From: a virus
Lineage: Duplodnaviria; Caudoviricetes
Virus record (IMG/VR): IMGVR_UViG_2808606954_000002
Location: 18,730-82,729 of that record
Direction: 5' to 3' (one strand)
DNA: 64,000 nucleotides
Part shown: positions 28,822 through 37,701 of the stretch, in pieces
How the letters are laid out: every line of letters begins with the position of its first letter
How positions within the stretch are numbered: the first letter of the stretch is position 1
The notes under the pieces: model-generated
Seen by the model: the letters and a program-made list of their open reading frames with translations, nothing else
Told to the model about the DNA's origin: nothing
The model's database searches: none
Translations under genes and position numbers: made by a program

Positions 28822-29678
28822 CCGTTTGCCTCCTCGCTGGTTGCGGGGGCGGGCGGATGCGTCAGAAAATGCGCCGGTATGTCGGGAATGTCGCAGGCGG
28901 TCTGATGCGCGTAGAGGCCTATAAATTCCGGGCATTTATCGATCTGTAAAATGCTGACGCCTGCCAAATACGCATTGGTAGTCGGCTGCACACCACCTTG
29001 TTTTGCGGTGTGTTGCATATGCAGGGCTGACTTATGCAGCGCCGCAAAATGCTCGTGAATGCGGACAAAGGGAGCTGTTAGCGCCGGATTGAAGAACGAC
29101 TTGCTTCCTGTTGCATCGGGCGAGTTAAGCGCTTTGCGAAGTAATGCGCGCCAATTCCATTGGATTCCTGCACTAGCCCTGTAGTCCATACCGCTGTTGT
29201 GGTATCTGAAACTTGCTGATCTCGAGTAAAGGGCGGGCTGGAAATAGTTGTCCTCTTCCGCCCAATCAGGGTGCCGCATTTTGGGGCTGATGTGAATACC
29301 GGCGTCATAAAAATAGGCTGTGCCTGGCTGTGCCCATGCTGGCGCTTGCAGTGTATAACTTCCGCCTTCGAAGGTCATGAATGTCGGCTCTGGTCCTTTG
29401 GCAACATCATAGGCGGCCTCTGGGATGTCCAATGTCATTGGTTCGGTTGCACGGCCATCAGGATCGTGGATCACTGCTAGCGTAAGGCCGCACGTTGCCG
29501 TGAGATACACGCCGCCGATCTCTGCTGGCTCAATACTAAGCGCGCCTTTCCAGAGCCGCAGCTCATCGCCGTGACTGTTTGCTTCATCCACTATCGGTTT
29601 CAAAATGTGGAGATATTTCGCTTTTGTGAAAGCAAGTAGGCTTTTAACTTTCGTCTGTGGTTGCTTGGTTTCCGTCAT
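28818..29678 (-). CDS. Hypothetical protein, N-terminus reminiscent of a beta-clamp domain
   Basis: IEP..GGVYLTATCGLTLAV..D..G resembles the ATDGHRL strand of DnaN. Confidence 0.45.
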   Translation of the reverse strand: MTETKQPQTKVKSLLAFTKAKYLHILKPIVDEANSHGDELRLWKGALSIEPAEIGGVYLTATCGLTLAVIHDPDGRATEPMTLDIPEAAYDVAKGPEPTFMTFEGGSYTLQAPAWAQPGTAYFYDAGIHISPKMRHPDWAEEDNYFQPALYSRSASFRYHNSGMDYRASAGIQWNWRALLRKALNSPDATGSKSFFNPALTAPFVRIHEHFAALHKSALHMQHTAKQGGVQPTTNAYLAGVSILQIDKCPEFIGLYAHQTACDIPDIPAHFLTHPPAPATSEEANG

Positions 29679-29977
29679 GGTTCGTCCTTGAAATAGGGGA
29701 TTTGTCTTGGTGGGGCGGGAAGGGCCAAAAGCTCTTTGGCTTTGGCAATTCGTGGGCTTGGCCCTAAGGTTTTTGCGGCTTTGGCGGGGGGGGGTTCGGC
29801 TGCATCTTGCTCGGCCTGGGCCTGAGAGAGTTGGCGCAGCAATTCGCCAAGGTCGTAAGGATCGCGGGTTATAAGCTCCACTTTCAGGGTCGATTCAGTG
29901 CCCCTGCTGGTTTGCCGCGTGGCGGCTGAAAAGGTTTTCAGCCTTGTGCCGGGGTGGCTCCAATAAAGTATGCTCAT
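29675..29977 (-). CDS. Hypothetical phage protein
   Basis: 100 aa; ATGA-coupled. Confidence 0.55.
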   Translation of the reverse strand: MSILYWSHPGTRLKTFSAATRQTSRGTESTLKVELITRDPYDLGELLRQLSQAQAEQDAAEPPPAKAAKTLGPSPRIAKAKELLALPAPPRQIPYFKDEP

Positions 29978-30147
29978 CGGGCCAGTTCCATGCGCCGTTC
30001 GCGGTCTGCAATGGCCGCCACTTGCGCACCAATGCGCGCCACTGTGATGCGGTGGCCAAGCTTGGTGGTCATTTCAAAGCGGGGGATGGTGGCCGCTGTT
30101 TCGCGGCTGGGCAGGGTTGAGGGCTTTTTGGGCTTGCGGGGTTTCAA
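29974..30147 (-). CDS. Small basic hypothetical protein
   Basis: TTG start at 30147 preceded by AAGGAGGA. Confidence 0.45.
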   Translation of the reverse strand: MKPRKPKKPSTLPSRETAATIPRFEMTTKLGHRITVARIGAQVAAIADRERRMELAR

Positions 30148-30301
30148 GGCTTTCCTCCTTGTGGGTTGCAGACACAAACCGGCCATCGCGGCCCACGGCA
30201 TGGGCGCGTTGTGCGTGTTTTTGTCGGGTGGGTCCGTTCGGGAAACCGCAAGCGGCGGGCTTGCGGAAACCGGAAAGGGCCGGGTTAGACGGTTTCGCGG
30301 G

Positions 30302-30766
30302 TCATGCTGATGCACTCCCGACATTTGCCCGCCTTACGGAAATGCCCTTGAGAAAATCGCGAAAACTCAGATCGCTACTGTCGCTAAAGCGCAAAAAGGC
30401 TGCGTATTTGGCTGCCGACGCGCTTTTGTCCACCAAAACCATCGTGTGCGCGCCGTCGAGAGAAAGACGCGACCCAACTATGACCTCATAAGCTTTATGT
30501 GGATCTTTGATTTCTTTCAGGTGGTTCGAGAGCGCTTTGCGTCCAGCTTCGGTCACGTGGAATGCAGCCGTACCGTACGCATCATGCCTGCCCTTTTTCC
30601 AGTTTGGCGAGGCGGCGAACTGTCGCGCAAGGGTGCTATTCGTACTTGTGACAAAATAATTCCGTGCCGTTTCCCCCAATGGATCGAAAGGTCGGCCAAG
30701 GGCGTGATCAATATGATCCATTTCTTTGTCGTCAAGTGAGCGGTCTATGGATGGATTCGTCATCAT
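30302..30766 (-). CDS. Hypothetical phage protein, first gene of the early-left operon
   Basis: 154 aa; IDHALGRP..RNYF motif. Confidence 0.6.
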   Translation of the reverse strand: MMTNPSIDRSLDDKEMDHIDHALGRPFDPLGETARNYFVTSTNSTLARQFAASPNWKKGRHDAYGTAAFHVTEAGRKALSNHLKEIKDPHKAYEVIVGSRLSLDGAHTMVLVDKSASAAKYAAFLRFSDSSDLSFRDFLKGISVRRANVGSASA

Positions 30767-30921
30767 GCCGATGCTCTCTCAATGTTGTTGCGTGGTTCGG
30801 CGGCTGAAAAACGGCGCAGGAAATCCATCGGCAAGCGGCGCTTGCACGTTGAAATTCTACCCTGCTCGTGGTCTATATCGGTTTGGTTGTGGTGGTTTTG
30901 GGGTTGTTTTTCTGATGCAAG

Positions 30922-30950
30922 GAATAAGGGGAATTATTTCCCCATGTCAA
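30922..30950 (-). promoter_or_regulatory. PL-like promoter with operator
   Basis: Minus-strand TTGACA (30945-30950) followed by palindrome GGGGAA-N4-TTCCCC (30928-30943). Confidence 0.65.
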
Positions 30951-30996
30951 GAGGAGAAACTAGCCGCAGTAATAGAGAGATACTTCTGGAGGTTTT

Positions 30997-31491
30997 ATGG
31001 GGAGAAAATCTGTTGCGTTGCTGATTTTGGCGGCATCTTCGCTTTCTGTGGCGGGGCTGGCTAGTAGTGATGATCAGACGGACGCTAAACAGTCGGCTTT
31101 CAAGGAATGCCGCGCTCAAGGCTACTCTTACCTATCAGCATGTCTCAAAGTGTATATGAATGATGATAGCGTTGTGGCAGCCGATATGGGCAATCATCTT
31201 GATGTAGAGTTCACCACTCGGCCCCTAACAATCGACCTTTCAAAAAATGAGTATCTGCGAGATGTGAAATTTTATATTCCGCGCCTGTTCGACGTCTTCA
31301 AAGGTGCGGATAAAATCAATTTCACAATGTTTGCGCAAATGCGAACGGTTCAAGGAAATGACGTTACTATTAGGGCAATATCGACAACTATTTCTCGGAA
31401 AAAATCACTGAGTACAAACTGGCAAAATGTTGATATTAAAAAAATCCCTGCCTTTGCAGATGACTATTGGCAAGCGCCGTCCTATCGGTGA
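30997..31491 (+). CDS. Secreted/periplasmic hypothetical protein
   Basis: N-terminal signal-peptide-like sequence; AT-richer; opposite strand to its neighbours. Confidence 0.65.
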   Translation: MGRKSVALLILAASSLSVAGLASSDDQTDAKQSAFKECRAQGYSYLSACLKVYMNDDSVVAADMGNHLDVEFTTRPLTIDLSKNEYLRDVKFYIPRLFDVFKGADKINFTMFAQMRTVQGNDVTIRAISTTISRKKSLSTNWQNVDIKKIPAFADDYWQAPSYR

Positions 31492-31503
31492 CGGAATTAT
31501 CGT

Positions 31504-31881
31504 TTAGCTTTTCGCAATCTCCGTTGCTGTCGCGATAGTCCGCATTTTGCTGATCTGCTGCATTAAGATAGCCCTATCCCTGCCGCCTTGCTCTAACAGC
31601 ACACCCGCAGCGCAGGTTGCTTTCAACCGGCCAATGATTGGCGTGTCTGTTTGCGCTGTCAGCCACAGCGCAACAACAGCGTCGGGCACCGGTTCGGTAA
31701 CAGTTGCAAAAGCTACGTCCCCCGCGAAAAAGTAGGGTTCAAGGCTGGTATCAGGAATCACCACGGGAATTGGTTGTTCCTGGAAAAAGCTGCCTTTTGT
31801 CTCAGCGCTGGGTGCATTCTCATCATCTGAGTATTTCAGGTATTCCATTGCTTCCACGCGATTACCCCTTTCCATGGGCAA
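31504..31881 (-). CDS. Stand-alone S24-like domain protein
   Basis: DTSLEPYFFAGD resembles GDSMEP..GD; no HTH. Confidence 0.5.
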   Translation of the reverse strand: MPMERGNRVEAMEYLKYSDDENAPSAETKGSFFQEQPIPVVIPDTSLEPYFFAGDVAFATVTEPVPDAVVALWLTAQTDTPIIGRLKATCAAGVLLEQGGRDRAILMQQISKMRTIATATEIAKS

Positions 31882-32220
31882 AATGCCGGACGTTTTAATC
31901 GTACGTCAAGCACATCAATTGCGTGTGTTTTGCAACAATGGCGGGGCGGCTGTAAGCGGCTAAACCCTTGGTTATAAAAACTTTGAAAAATCAGCGTAGT
32001 TTATAGGATCATTTTTTAAGGATAACGTAAAATAGGTGTAACATGCCTATTTTTCTTTGTTTTTAGTTCTTTCTTATATTCCGAATTTACCCGATAATAT
32101 TCATGGGTTTTTCGGAGCAGGCCATGGCGGCGGTTGTAGACACCATAGTTGATATACTCGCGCACATGAGTGCCGATGAGCGCGCCGCCTATGAAATCTG
32201 GCTCGGCTGCGCGGCCTGTC

Positions 32221-32604
32221 CTATGCTGTCTGATTGCGATTTTGGGCAGCAATATGGCGAGCTTTTTGCAGCGCCATCGGCAGGCGCTCCGGCTCCTGCC
32301 GTGCCAGCCGTGCCAGCCCCGCAAAAATAGCCGCCAACTGCTCCAACTGCTCGGCAATCTCTTCGTCGCTGCCCGGTTCAATCAACCGCGCCACCGGCTT
32401 TGCGCTGTTGTGCGGGTTGACGGTCAAAAGCTCGTGGATCGTGCATTGCAGCGCTGCTGCCAGCTTTTCCAGCGTTCTGGCGCTTGGGTTTTCCACGCCG
32501 CGCTCAATATCGGATATGTGTTGCGCGCCAATTTCGGCGCGGGCTGCAAGCTGCTTTTGGGCCAGGCGGCGGAATTTGCGCCACTCGCGAACAAAATTTT
32601 GCAT
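32221..32604 (-). CDS. XRE-family HTH regulator
   Basis: LAQKQLAARAEIGAQHISDIERGVENPS..LEKLAAAL. Confidence 0.85.
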   Translation of the reverse strand: MQNFVREWRKFRRLAQKQLAARAEIGAQHISDIERGVENPSARTLEKLAAALQCTIHELLTVNPHNSAKPVARLIEPGSDEEIAEQLEQLAAIFAGLARLARQEPERLPMALQKARHIAAQNRNQTA

Positions 32605-32613
32605 GATTTGCGC

Positions 32614-33300
32614 TCACACGCCAAAATATTCGTTGTTGGTGACAACGCGATGCACCGATTTGACGGTTTCGCGCGGCAATTCCACCTGCGCGCCGGGCGG
32701 ATTGCGCTTGCCAATCAGCAGCATCTTCTCAGTCTCGCGCACAAAAATGCCCACAGATGCCTCAATATCGGCATGTTCGCTGTTTTGGGTTTGCACAACA
32801 ACGTTGTCGCCTGCCTTGTAAGGCCTGTGCGGATTGATCAGGATAAGATCACCGGCAAAATATTGCGGCTCCATGCTTTGGCCCACAACATAGAGGCCGT
32901 AAATATCGCGTTTGCCCATCAGGCCGGGCGGGCAGCGCACATGCTCAATCACGCCACCGGCAAGCTGAAACGCCCCACGCGCCAAAGAGCCTGCGGCTGT
33001 GCCAAGCACCGGGATGGTCTTTGGCCATTCCGATGTTGGTGGCAGTGCGGACACGGCTGCTGTTTTGCGGGCAATCTCATCATCGGAAATGCTATGGTCG
33101 CCGCGCAACAGCCACTCCGTACTGACTTGCAAAACGGCTGCGATTTTATCGATGTTTTCCCCGCGCGGCGATGAATTTGGATTTTTTAGCATCATCCGCA
33201 AATAGCTGCGGTCCCGCCCCATAGCAGCAGATACCTTGCCTGGGTTTAGGCCAAGCTCTTTTATGCGCTGTTTTATGCGCTCGTGGACCGGGTTTTTCAT
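32614..33300 (-). CDS. CI-like repressor (HTH plus S24 domain)
   Basis: ATG 33300; N-terminal HTH; AAG linker; VVGQSMEP..AGD; divergent from a cro-like gene. Confidence 0.88.
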   Translation of the reverse strand: MKNPVHERIKQRIKELGLNPGKVSAAMGRDRSYLRMMLKNPNSSPRGENIDKIAAVLQVSTEWLLRGDHSISDDEIARKTAAVSALPPTSEWPKTIPVLGTAAGSLARGAFQLAGGVIEHVRCPPGLMGKRDIYGLYVVGQSMEPQYFAGDLILINPHRPYKAGDNVVVQTQNSEHADIEASVGIFVRETEKMLLIGKRNPPGAQVELPRETVKSVHRVVTNNEYFGV

Positions 33301-33351
33301 AGGTCCATTATCATCTGCTTTGGGGAATTCTTGAACGGGATATATATTACC

Positions 33352-33380
33352 TTGACAATGAGGAATCTTTTCCCCATTCA
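33352..33380 (+). promoter_or_regulatory. PR-like promoter with operator
   Basis: TTGACA (33352-33357) followed by GAGGAA-N4-TTCCCC (33360-33375), same design as PL. Confidence 0.65.
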
Positions 33381-33387
33381 ATTCTCT

Positions 33388-33639
33388 ATGACCCTGAGAG
33401 ACCAAATCACAAAAGTTGCCGAACTCTACCTCGCTGTCAGCGGGCAAGGTCGCACGACTGTTTCCAAGCGCGTCTTTAACCGTGGCTCTCGGCTTGATGA
33501 AATCATCGGCGGCAAAGACCTCGCTACCCGCATTTTCGAACGCGCCATGCAGTGGTTTTCCGACAACTGGCCTGATGGTGCCGCTTGGCCTGCTGATGTT
33601 CCGCGCCCCGCCGTTCAAACTGTGGAGGTCGCGCAATGA
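33388..33639 (+). CDS. Cro-like regulator
   Basis: 83 aa divergent from cI; RTTVSKRVF..RL and AMQWFSDNWP motifs. Confidence 0.75.
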   Translation: MTLRDQITKVAELYLAVSGQGRTTVSKRVFNRGSRLDEIIGGKDLATRIFERAMQWFSDNWPDGAAWPADVPRPAVQTVEVAQ

Positions 33640-33949
33640 CAGGCTTTCGTTTTGTTCCCCCGACCGCGCCGGTTTCTCCTCCCGTTCGGCGCGGCAACTG
33701 CGACCGGGCTGGCGGACCTTTGGCCCGGTCGCCTTTTTATTCTCCAATAGCCCGGATGGTCTCCGTCCATGCATTCGGGCTTGCAGCAGGCCGGGGCCGC
33801 ACTCCCCGGTCTGCTTTTCCATTGCTGGCTGCATTGACTGTTTCTCCCCGGCTCTGCGCTGCCAAGGCACTTTTGCAGGTTTGCACTGCGGCAATCGACG
33901 GGAAATTTCAAAAAATCTTCCCGGTTTCCCTTTGATTTTCAGGAGTTTG

Positions 33950-34465
33950 ATGATGGCAAGGATCAAAAAAGAAGAGATGAAAAAGCAGCCATGGTTCCCG
34001 GCTGTCAAGGTTGCGCAGCGCGCTTTGATCAAGGCGGTTGGCGGCATCGAAAGTGCGGCCGATTTGCTGGGTTTGTCCTCGACGCAAGTGGGCCGCTACA
34101 ACAACAGCAACGACCCTGATCTGATGGCGCTGTGGGAAATCGTTGTTCTTGAGGATGCCATTGGCAAGGCCGTTCTCTCGCGCGCGCTGGCCATGCGGGT
34201 TGGCTCCATTGTTGTTGATTCGTCGGGTCCAGACTTTGGCGACGGCGGCGACCTCTCCGAAAACGCCATGAGCCTGACGGCATCACACGCGAAATGGTGG
34301 CTTGGCTTTTTGGAAGCGGCAGAAGACCACGTTTTCACCAATTCCGAAAAGCTTGGCCTGCTGCCGATGCTGCAAAGCGTCATCCAGACGGCAAGCACTA
34401 TGGAACGCAACATCATGAAAGAGCTTGGTGCGGCACTTGCCAAAGCGGACGGTGAAAAGCGATGA
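33950..34465 (+). CDS. CII-like HTH regulator
   Basis: SD AGGAG; LIKAVGGIESAA..LGLSSTQVGRY. Confidence 0.65.
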   Translation: MMARIKKEEMKKQPWFPAVKVAQRALIKAVGGIESAADLLGLSSTQVGRYNNSNDPDLMALWEIVVLEDAIGKAVLSRALAMRVGSIVVDSSGPDFGDGGDLSENAMSLTASHAKWWLGFLEAAEDHVFTNSEKLGLLPMLQSVIQTASTMERNIMKELGAALAKADGEKR

Positions 34466-34692
34466 GCGACACCCCGAACACCCTTTTCGAGCGCCCGCTG
34501 AGTGATGCTGCGCGGGCTTACTTGCGCAAGGTTAAACACCACGGCGGGCGGTTGGTCTTTACCGATGCGGAACCGCAAGGGCTGGCCGTTGAATGCCGCC
34601 GTGCTGGTTACGTGCATATCAGCGATTCGGGCATGATCCTGCTGACCGGGCTTGGTCAGGCCTATCTCGACCGGCTCATGAGGGCAAACTGA
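34462..34692 (+). CDS. Hypothetical phage protein
   Basis: ATGA-coupled. Confidence 0.55.
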   Translation: MSDTPNTLFERPLSDAARAYLRKVKHHGGRLVFTDAEPQGLAVECRRAGYVHISDSGMILLTGLGQAYLDRLMRAN

Positions 34693-34922
34693 TGGCTCTC
34701 GCGCACATGCAAAAGCTGCGGCGTGTTTCTGGCTGTCCTGTCTGTGCGGCGGTTGTGAGTGCGCGCGTGTCTGAGCCGGATCTTGAGCAGGTCTATTTTG
34801 TCTGTGGGCAGGCGTTTGGCGCGGACACCTCGTCGCCAATCTCGGCTGATGACTATTGCCGTAACCGCGCCGATCTGGCCGCAGACCTCTGGAATGTTGA
34901 GTGCAGCAAAGCCACGGCATGA
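34692..34922 (+). CDS. Cys-rich hypothetical protein
   Basis: CPVC motif; coupled start. Confidence 0.5.
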   Translation: MALAHMQKLRRVSGCPVCAAVVSARVSEPDLEQVYFVCGQAFGADTSSPISADDYCRNRADLAADLWNVECSKATA

Positions 34923-35062
34923 CACCGCGCCAACGTTACAAACTGCTGATCCGCTCATTGTGGGAGGATGGCACCAACACCACCGCCATCGCAGAGGCCA
35001 TTGGCCTGCCAGAACAGGCGGTTTGCGACGTGATTGAATCAGAATTTTTTGGGGGCAGATGA
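34919..35062 (+). CDS. 47-aa HTH-like protein (not in the ORF track)
   Basis: MTPRQRYKLLIRSLWEDGTNTTAIAEAIGLPEQAVCDVI..; ATGA overlaps at both ends. Confidence 0.5.
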   Translation: MTPRQRYKLLIRSLWEDGTNTTAIAEAIGLPEQAVCDVIESEFFGGR

Positions 35063-35289
35063 TGGCAACAGCGCGGGTGAGATTGCGGGTAACAAAGGTT
35101 TGCTGCCCTGCTTGCAAGGGGTCTGGAACGTATCTTTCGGCCTTTGTGTGCCACATATGCGGCGGTGAAAAGCGGGTAGAGCCAGTGGTCGCGTTTGATT
35201 TTATCAGGCGCATGACATGCTCGTGGCATCCTGACACTGCCGCAAAAGGTCGGCGGTTTTTGGATTGTTTGATGGGGCTGCCGCTATGA
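35059..35289 (+). CDS. Zn-finger protein
   Basis: CPACKGSG and CHICGG motifs. Confidence 0.6.
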   Translation: MMATARVRLRVTKVCCPACKGSGTYLSAFVCHICGGEKRVEPVVAFDFIRRMTCSWHPDTAAKGRRFLDCLMGLPL

Positions 35290-36758
35290 ACGCCATCACC
35301 CCAATCGCCACCGACGCCTCAGAACTGGCCACCACCATCGACCGCGCGCGCACCGCGCTTGACGCTGGCGATGTGCAGGTGGCTTTGCTGCTGTCATCGG
35401 GGGCCTATGAGCAAGCCAAGGCGGCGGGCGATTATGCCAAAAAGGTCAAAGCCAGTCATGATTTGATTGGCAAGGCGCGGCAAATGCAGGCTGACGCGCT
35501 GAAAATCGAAACCATGTGCACGATTGCAATGGCCGATTTTGTTGATGAAGCGCAGGCAGAAGGCAAGCTTTCGCGCGGGGGCAGGCCGCAAACGGTCCAA
35601 GATCAGGACCGTTTTTGTCTTGCGGACCTCGGCATTGATAAGCGCCGCCTGCTTGAAGCGCGCAAGCTGCGAAATGTGGAGCGCGCCAAGCCCGGCTTTA
35701 TTGACCGCATTGTTGCGGCACGGCTGGCAGAAGGCTTGGAGCCGTCACGGGCATCGCTGAAAAGTGCCGCAAGCCATGCCATTGGCACCAAATCGGCATC
35801 GAAGGAAGAGCGCGGCGCTGATCTGTATGAGACGCCTATTGAAGCGATAAAAACCCTGCTGGCGCTGGAAAGCTTCGGCCTGACCGTGCTTGAACCAAGC
35901 GTTGGGCGGGGTGCCATTTTGCGGCCATTGGAGGCGGCTGGCTATGAGGTCAGTATTGCCGATCTGGAAGATCGCGGCATTGCCACGCAATACGGTGAAA
36001 AACAGGCATTGGGTGATTTTCTCTTATCCAAGCGGGCAGGTGAGGGCTTCGATATTGTCACCAACCCCCCCTATGGCATTGCAAATGCTTACATTGCCCA
36101 TGCGCTGCGCGAACATAAGCCGCGCAAAATGGCCATGCTGCTCAACCTCAATTTTCTCGCGGGCTTCGAAGACCAGGACCGCTGCTATGTGATGGATGAA
36201 TGCCCGCCTTCGCGCGTCTACGTGTTCACGCGCCGCCTGCCAATGATGCACCGCGACGGCTGGGATGGCAACAAGGCCAGCAGCCAGATGAACACGGCAT
36301 GGTTCATCTGGGAGCAAAACGAAGACGGCTCTTATGGCAGCGGGTTTCCGCAGATTATTCGGGTGGATTGGGAAAAATTTGCCCATGCGGAACCGCTGAC
36401 GCCCGGCGCTGGCGGCAATATTTCACCGCTCACATTCGCGGAACCAGAAGAGGATTTTACGCGGGAAACGCCGCGCAAAACAATGGAAGAGCGAATCACA
36501 GAAGAGTTTGCGCGGGCGCTGGTTTTTGCCGGTGAGCGCAAGGGCAGCTTTGATTCTGTTGCTCTGCGACAAGGCATTGGTGTTCGGCCCACTGTGGCCG
36601 ATGCGCTGATTGATAACATGGCCGCCAAAGGCCTGATTGAGCCTGTCGAGGCCAATCATTGGGCCATAACTGACCACGGCTGGACGGTGCTGGAAGCCAC
36701 CGCCGCCGTGCTGCTGGGCGGCGAGATTTCAAAAATTGCAGAAAAGGGGGCGGCTTGA
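35286..36758 (+). CDS. Multidomain amino-DNA methyltransferase
   Basis: DLYETP, VLEPSVGRG and IVTNPPY motifs; extra helical N-terminal and wHTH-like C-terminal domains. Confidence 0.8.
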   Translation: MNAITPIATDASELATTIDRARTALDAGDVQVALLLSSGAYEQAKAAGDYAKKVKASHDLIGKARQMQADALKIETMCTIAMADFVDEAQAEGKLSRGGRPQTVQDQDRFCLADLGIDKRRLLEARKLRNVERAKPGFIDRIVAARLAEGLEPSRASLKSAASHAIGTKSASKEERGADLYETPIEAIKTLLALESFGLTVLEPSVGRGAILRPLEAAGYEVSIADLEDRGIATQYGEKQALGDFLLSKRAGEGFDIVTNPPYGIANAYIAHALREHKPRKMAMLLNLNFLAGFEDQDRCYVMDECPPSRVYVFTRRLPMMHRDGWDGNKASSQMNTAWFIWEQNEDGSYGSGFPQIIRVDWEKFAHAEPLTPGAGGNISPLTFAEPEEDFTRETPRKTMEERITEEFARALVFAGERKGSFDSVALRQGIGVRPTVADALIDNMAAKGLIEPVEANHWAITDHGWTVLEATAAVLLGGEISKIAEKGAA

Positions 36759-37045
36759 TGGATGATCTATCAGCTTTGGCGCGGCTGGAGCTTTGCAAGA
36801 GCGATGCGGATTTCGCGCGGTGGTTTTTGACGGAAAGCGATAGCGGTTTTTGTGCGGTTTTTGAGCAGGCAAATAACGAATTCCTGGCGGCGCAATTTGA
36901 CGATGGTTTGCGGGCGCTCGACGTTCGGCGGTATGCGCTCAATGCGCAACGGCTGTCTGACGGCAACCTGCCGCAAACCATTCTTATGCGCCTCGAAGAG
37001 CAAAAATCACGGATGCGCGAAATTGCATCAAAGGGTGGTGCGTGA
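36755..37045 (+). CDS. Hypothetical phage protein
   Basis: Coupled within the early-right operon. Confidence 0.55.
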   Translation: MMDDLSALARLELCKSDADFARWFLTESDSGFCAVFEQANNEFLAAQFDDGLRALDVRRYALNAQRLSDGNLPQTILMRLEEQKSRMREIASKGGA

Positions 37046-37701
37046 TGGCTCAATCTCTCAAGGTTTTGATTGGCTGCGAAACGTCTGGCGTCATGCGCCG
37101 GGCCTTTGCTGACCTCGGCCATGATGTTTGGTCTTGCGACCTGTTGCCCGCCGACGATGGCAGCAACCGGCATATTATCTGCGATGTGCGTGAGCTGCTG
37201 CAAGATGGCTGGGATTTGCTGGCCGTGATGCATCCGCCTTGCACACGGCTTTGCAACAGCGGTGTGCGGTGGCTGCATACGCCACCGCCTGGGCGAACCA
37301 AAGCCGAAATGTGGGCCGATCTTGACGCGGGTGCAGCCCTTTTTTCCGATTGCTGGAACGCGCCAATTGCGCGCGTGGCTATCGAAAACCCGATCATGCA
37401 CAGATACGCGAAAGAGCGGATTTTGAATTATCAACCGCCTGCGCAAACCGTGCAGCCGTGGTGGTTTGGCGATGAGGCATTCAAGGCCACATCGTTCTAT
37501 CTGCGCGGCCTTGAACCATTGCAGGCCACACATCGGCTCTCGCCACCGAAAAGCGGCACGGCTGAGCACAAGCGGTGGTCTGCGGTGCATCGCGCACCGC
37601 CGGGCGCGGATCGCTGGAGAATAAGGTCAAAGACCTTTCCCGGCATTGCGGCGGCTGCGGCGGCGCAATGGGGCGGCTATGCGCTGGAGGTGGCGGCATG
37701 A
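37042..37701 (+). CDS. Short C5-cytosine methyltransferase-like protein
   Basis: VLIGCETSG..AF, WSCDLLP, HPPCT and IENP motifs. Confidence 0.7.
   Translation: MMAQSLKVLIGCETSGVMRRAFADLGHDVWSCDLLPADDGSNRHIICDVRELLQDGWDLLAVMHPPCTRLCNSGVRWLHTPPPGRTKAEMWADLDAGAALFSDCWNAPIARVAIENPIMHRYAKERILNYQPPAQTVQPWWFGDEAFKATSFYLRGLEPLQATHRLSPPKSGTAEHKRWSAVHRAPPGADRWRIRSKTFPGIAAAAAAQWGGYALEVAA

Noticed and set aside
32103-32330. 75-aa + strand ORF with a CAAC..C motif
   Set aside because: It overlaps the 3' end of the XRE gene by 110 nt, has a low-complexity tail and no clear SD; cannot be supported.
33301-34047. 477-aa version of the repressor ORF
   Set aside because: The upstream extension overlaps cro and the PR promoter; the HTH begins at ATG 33300.
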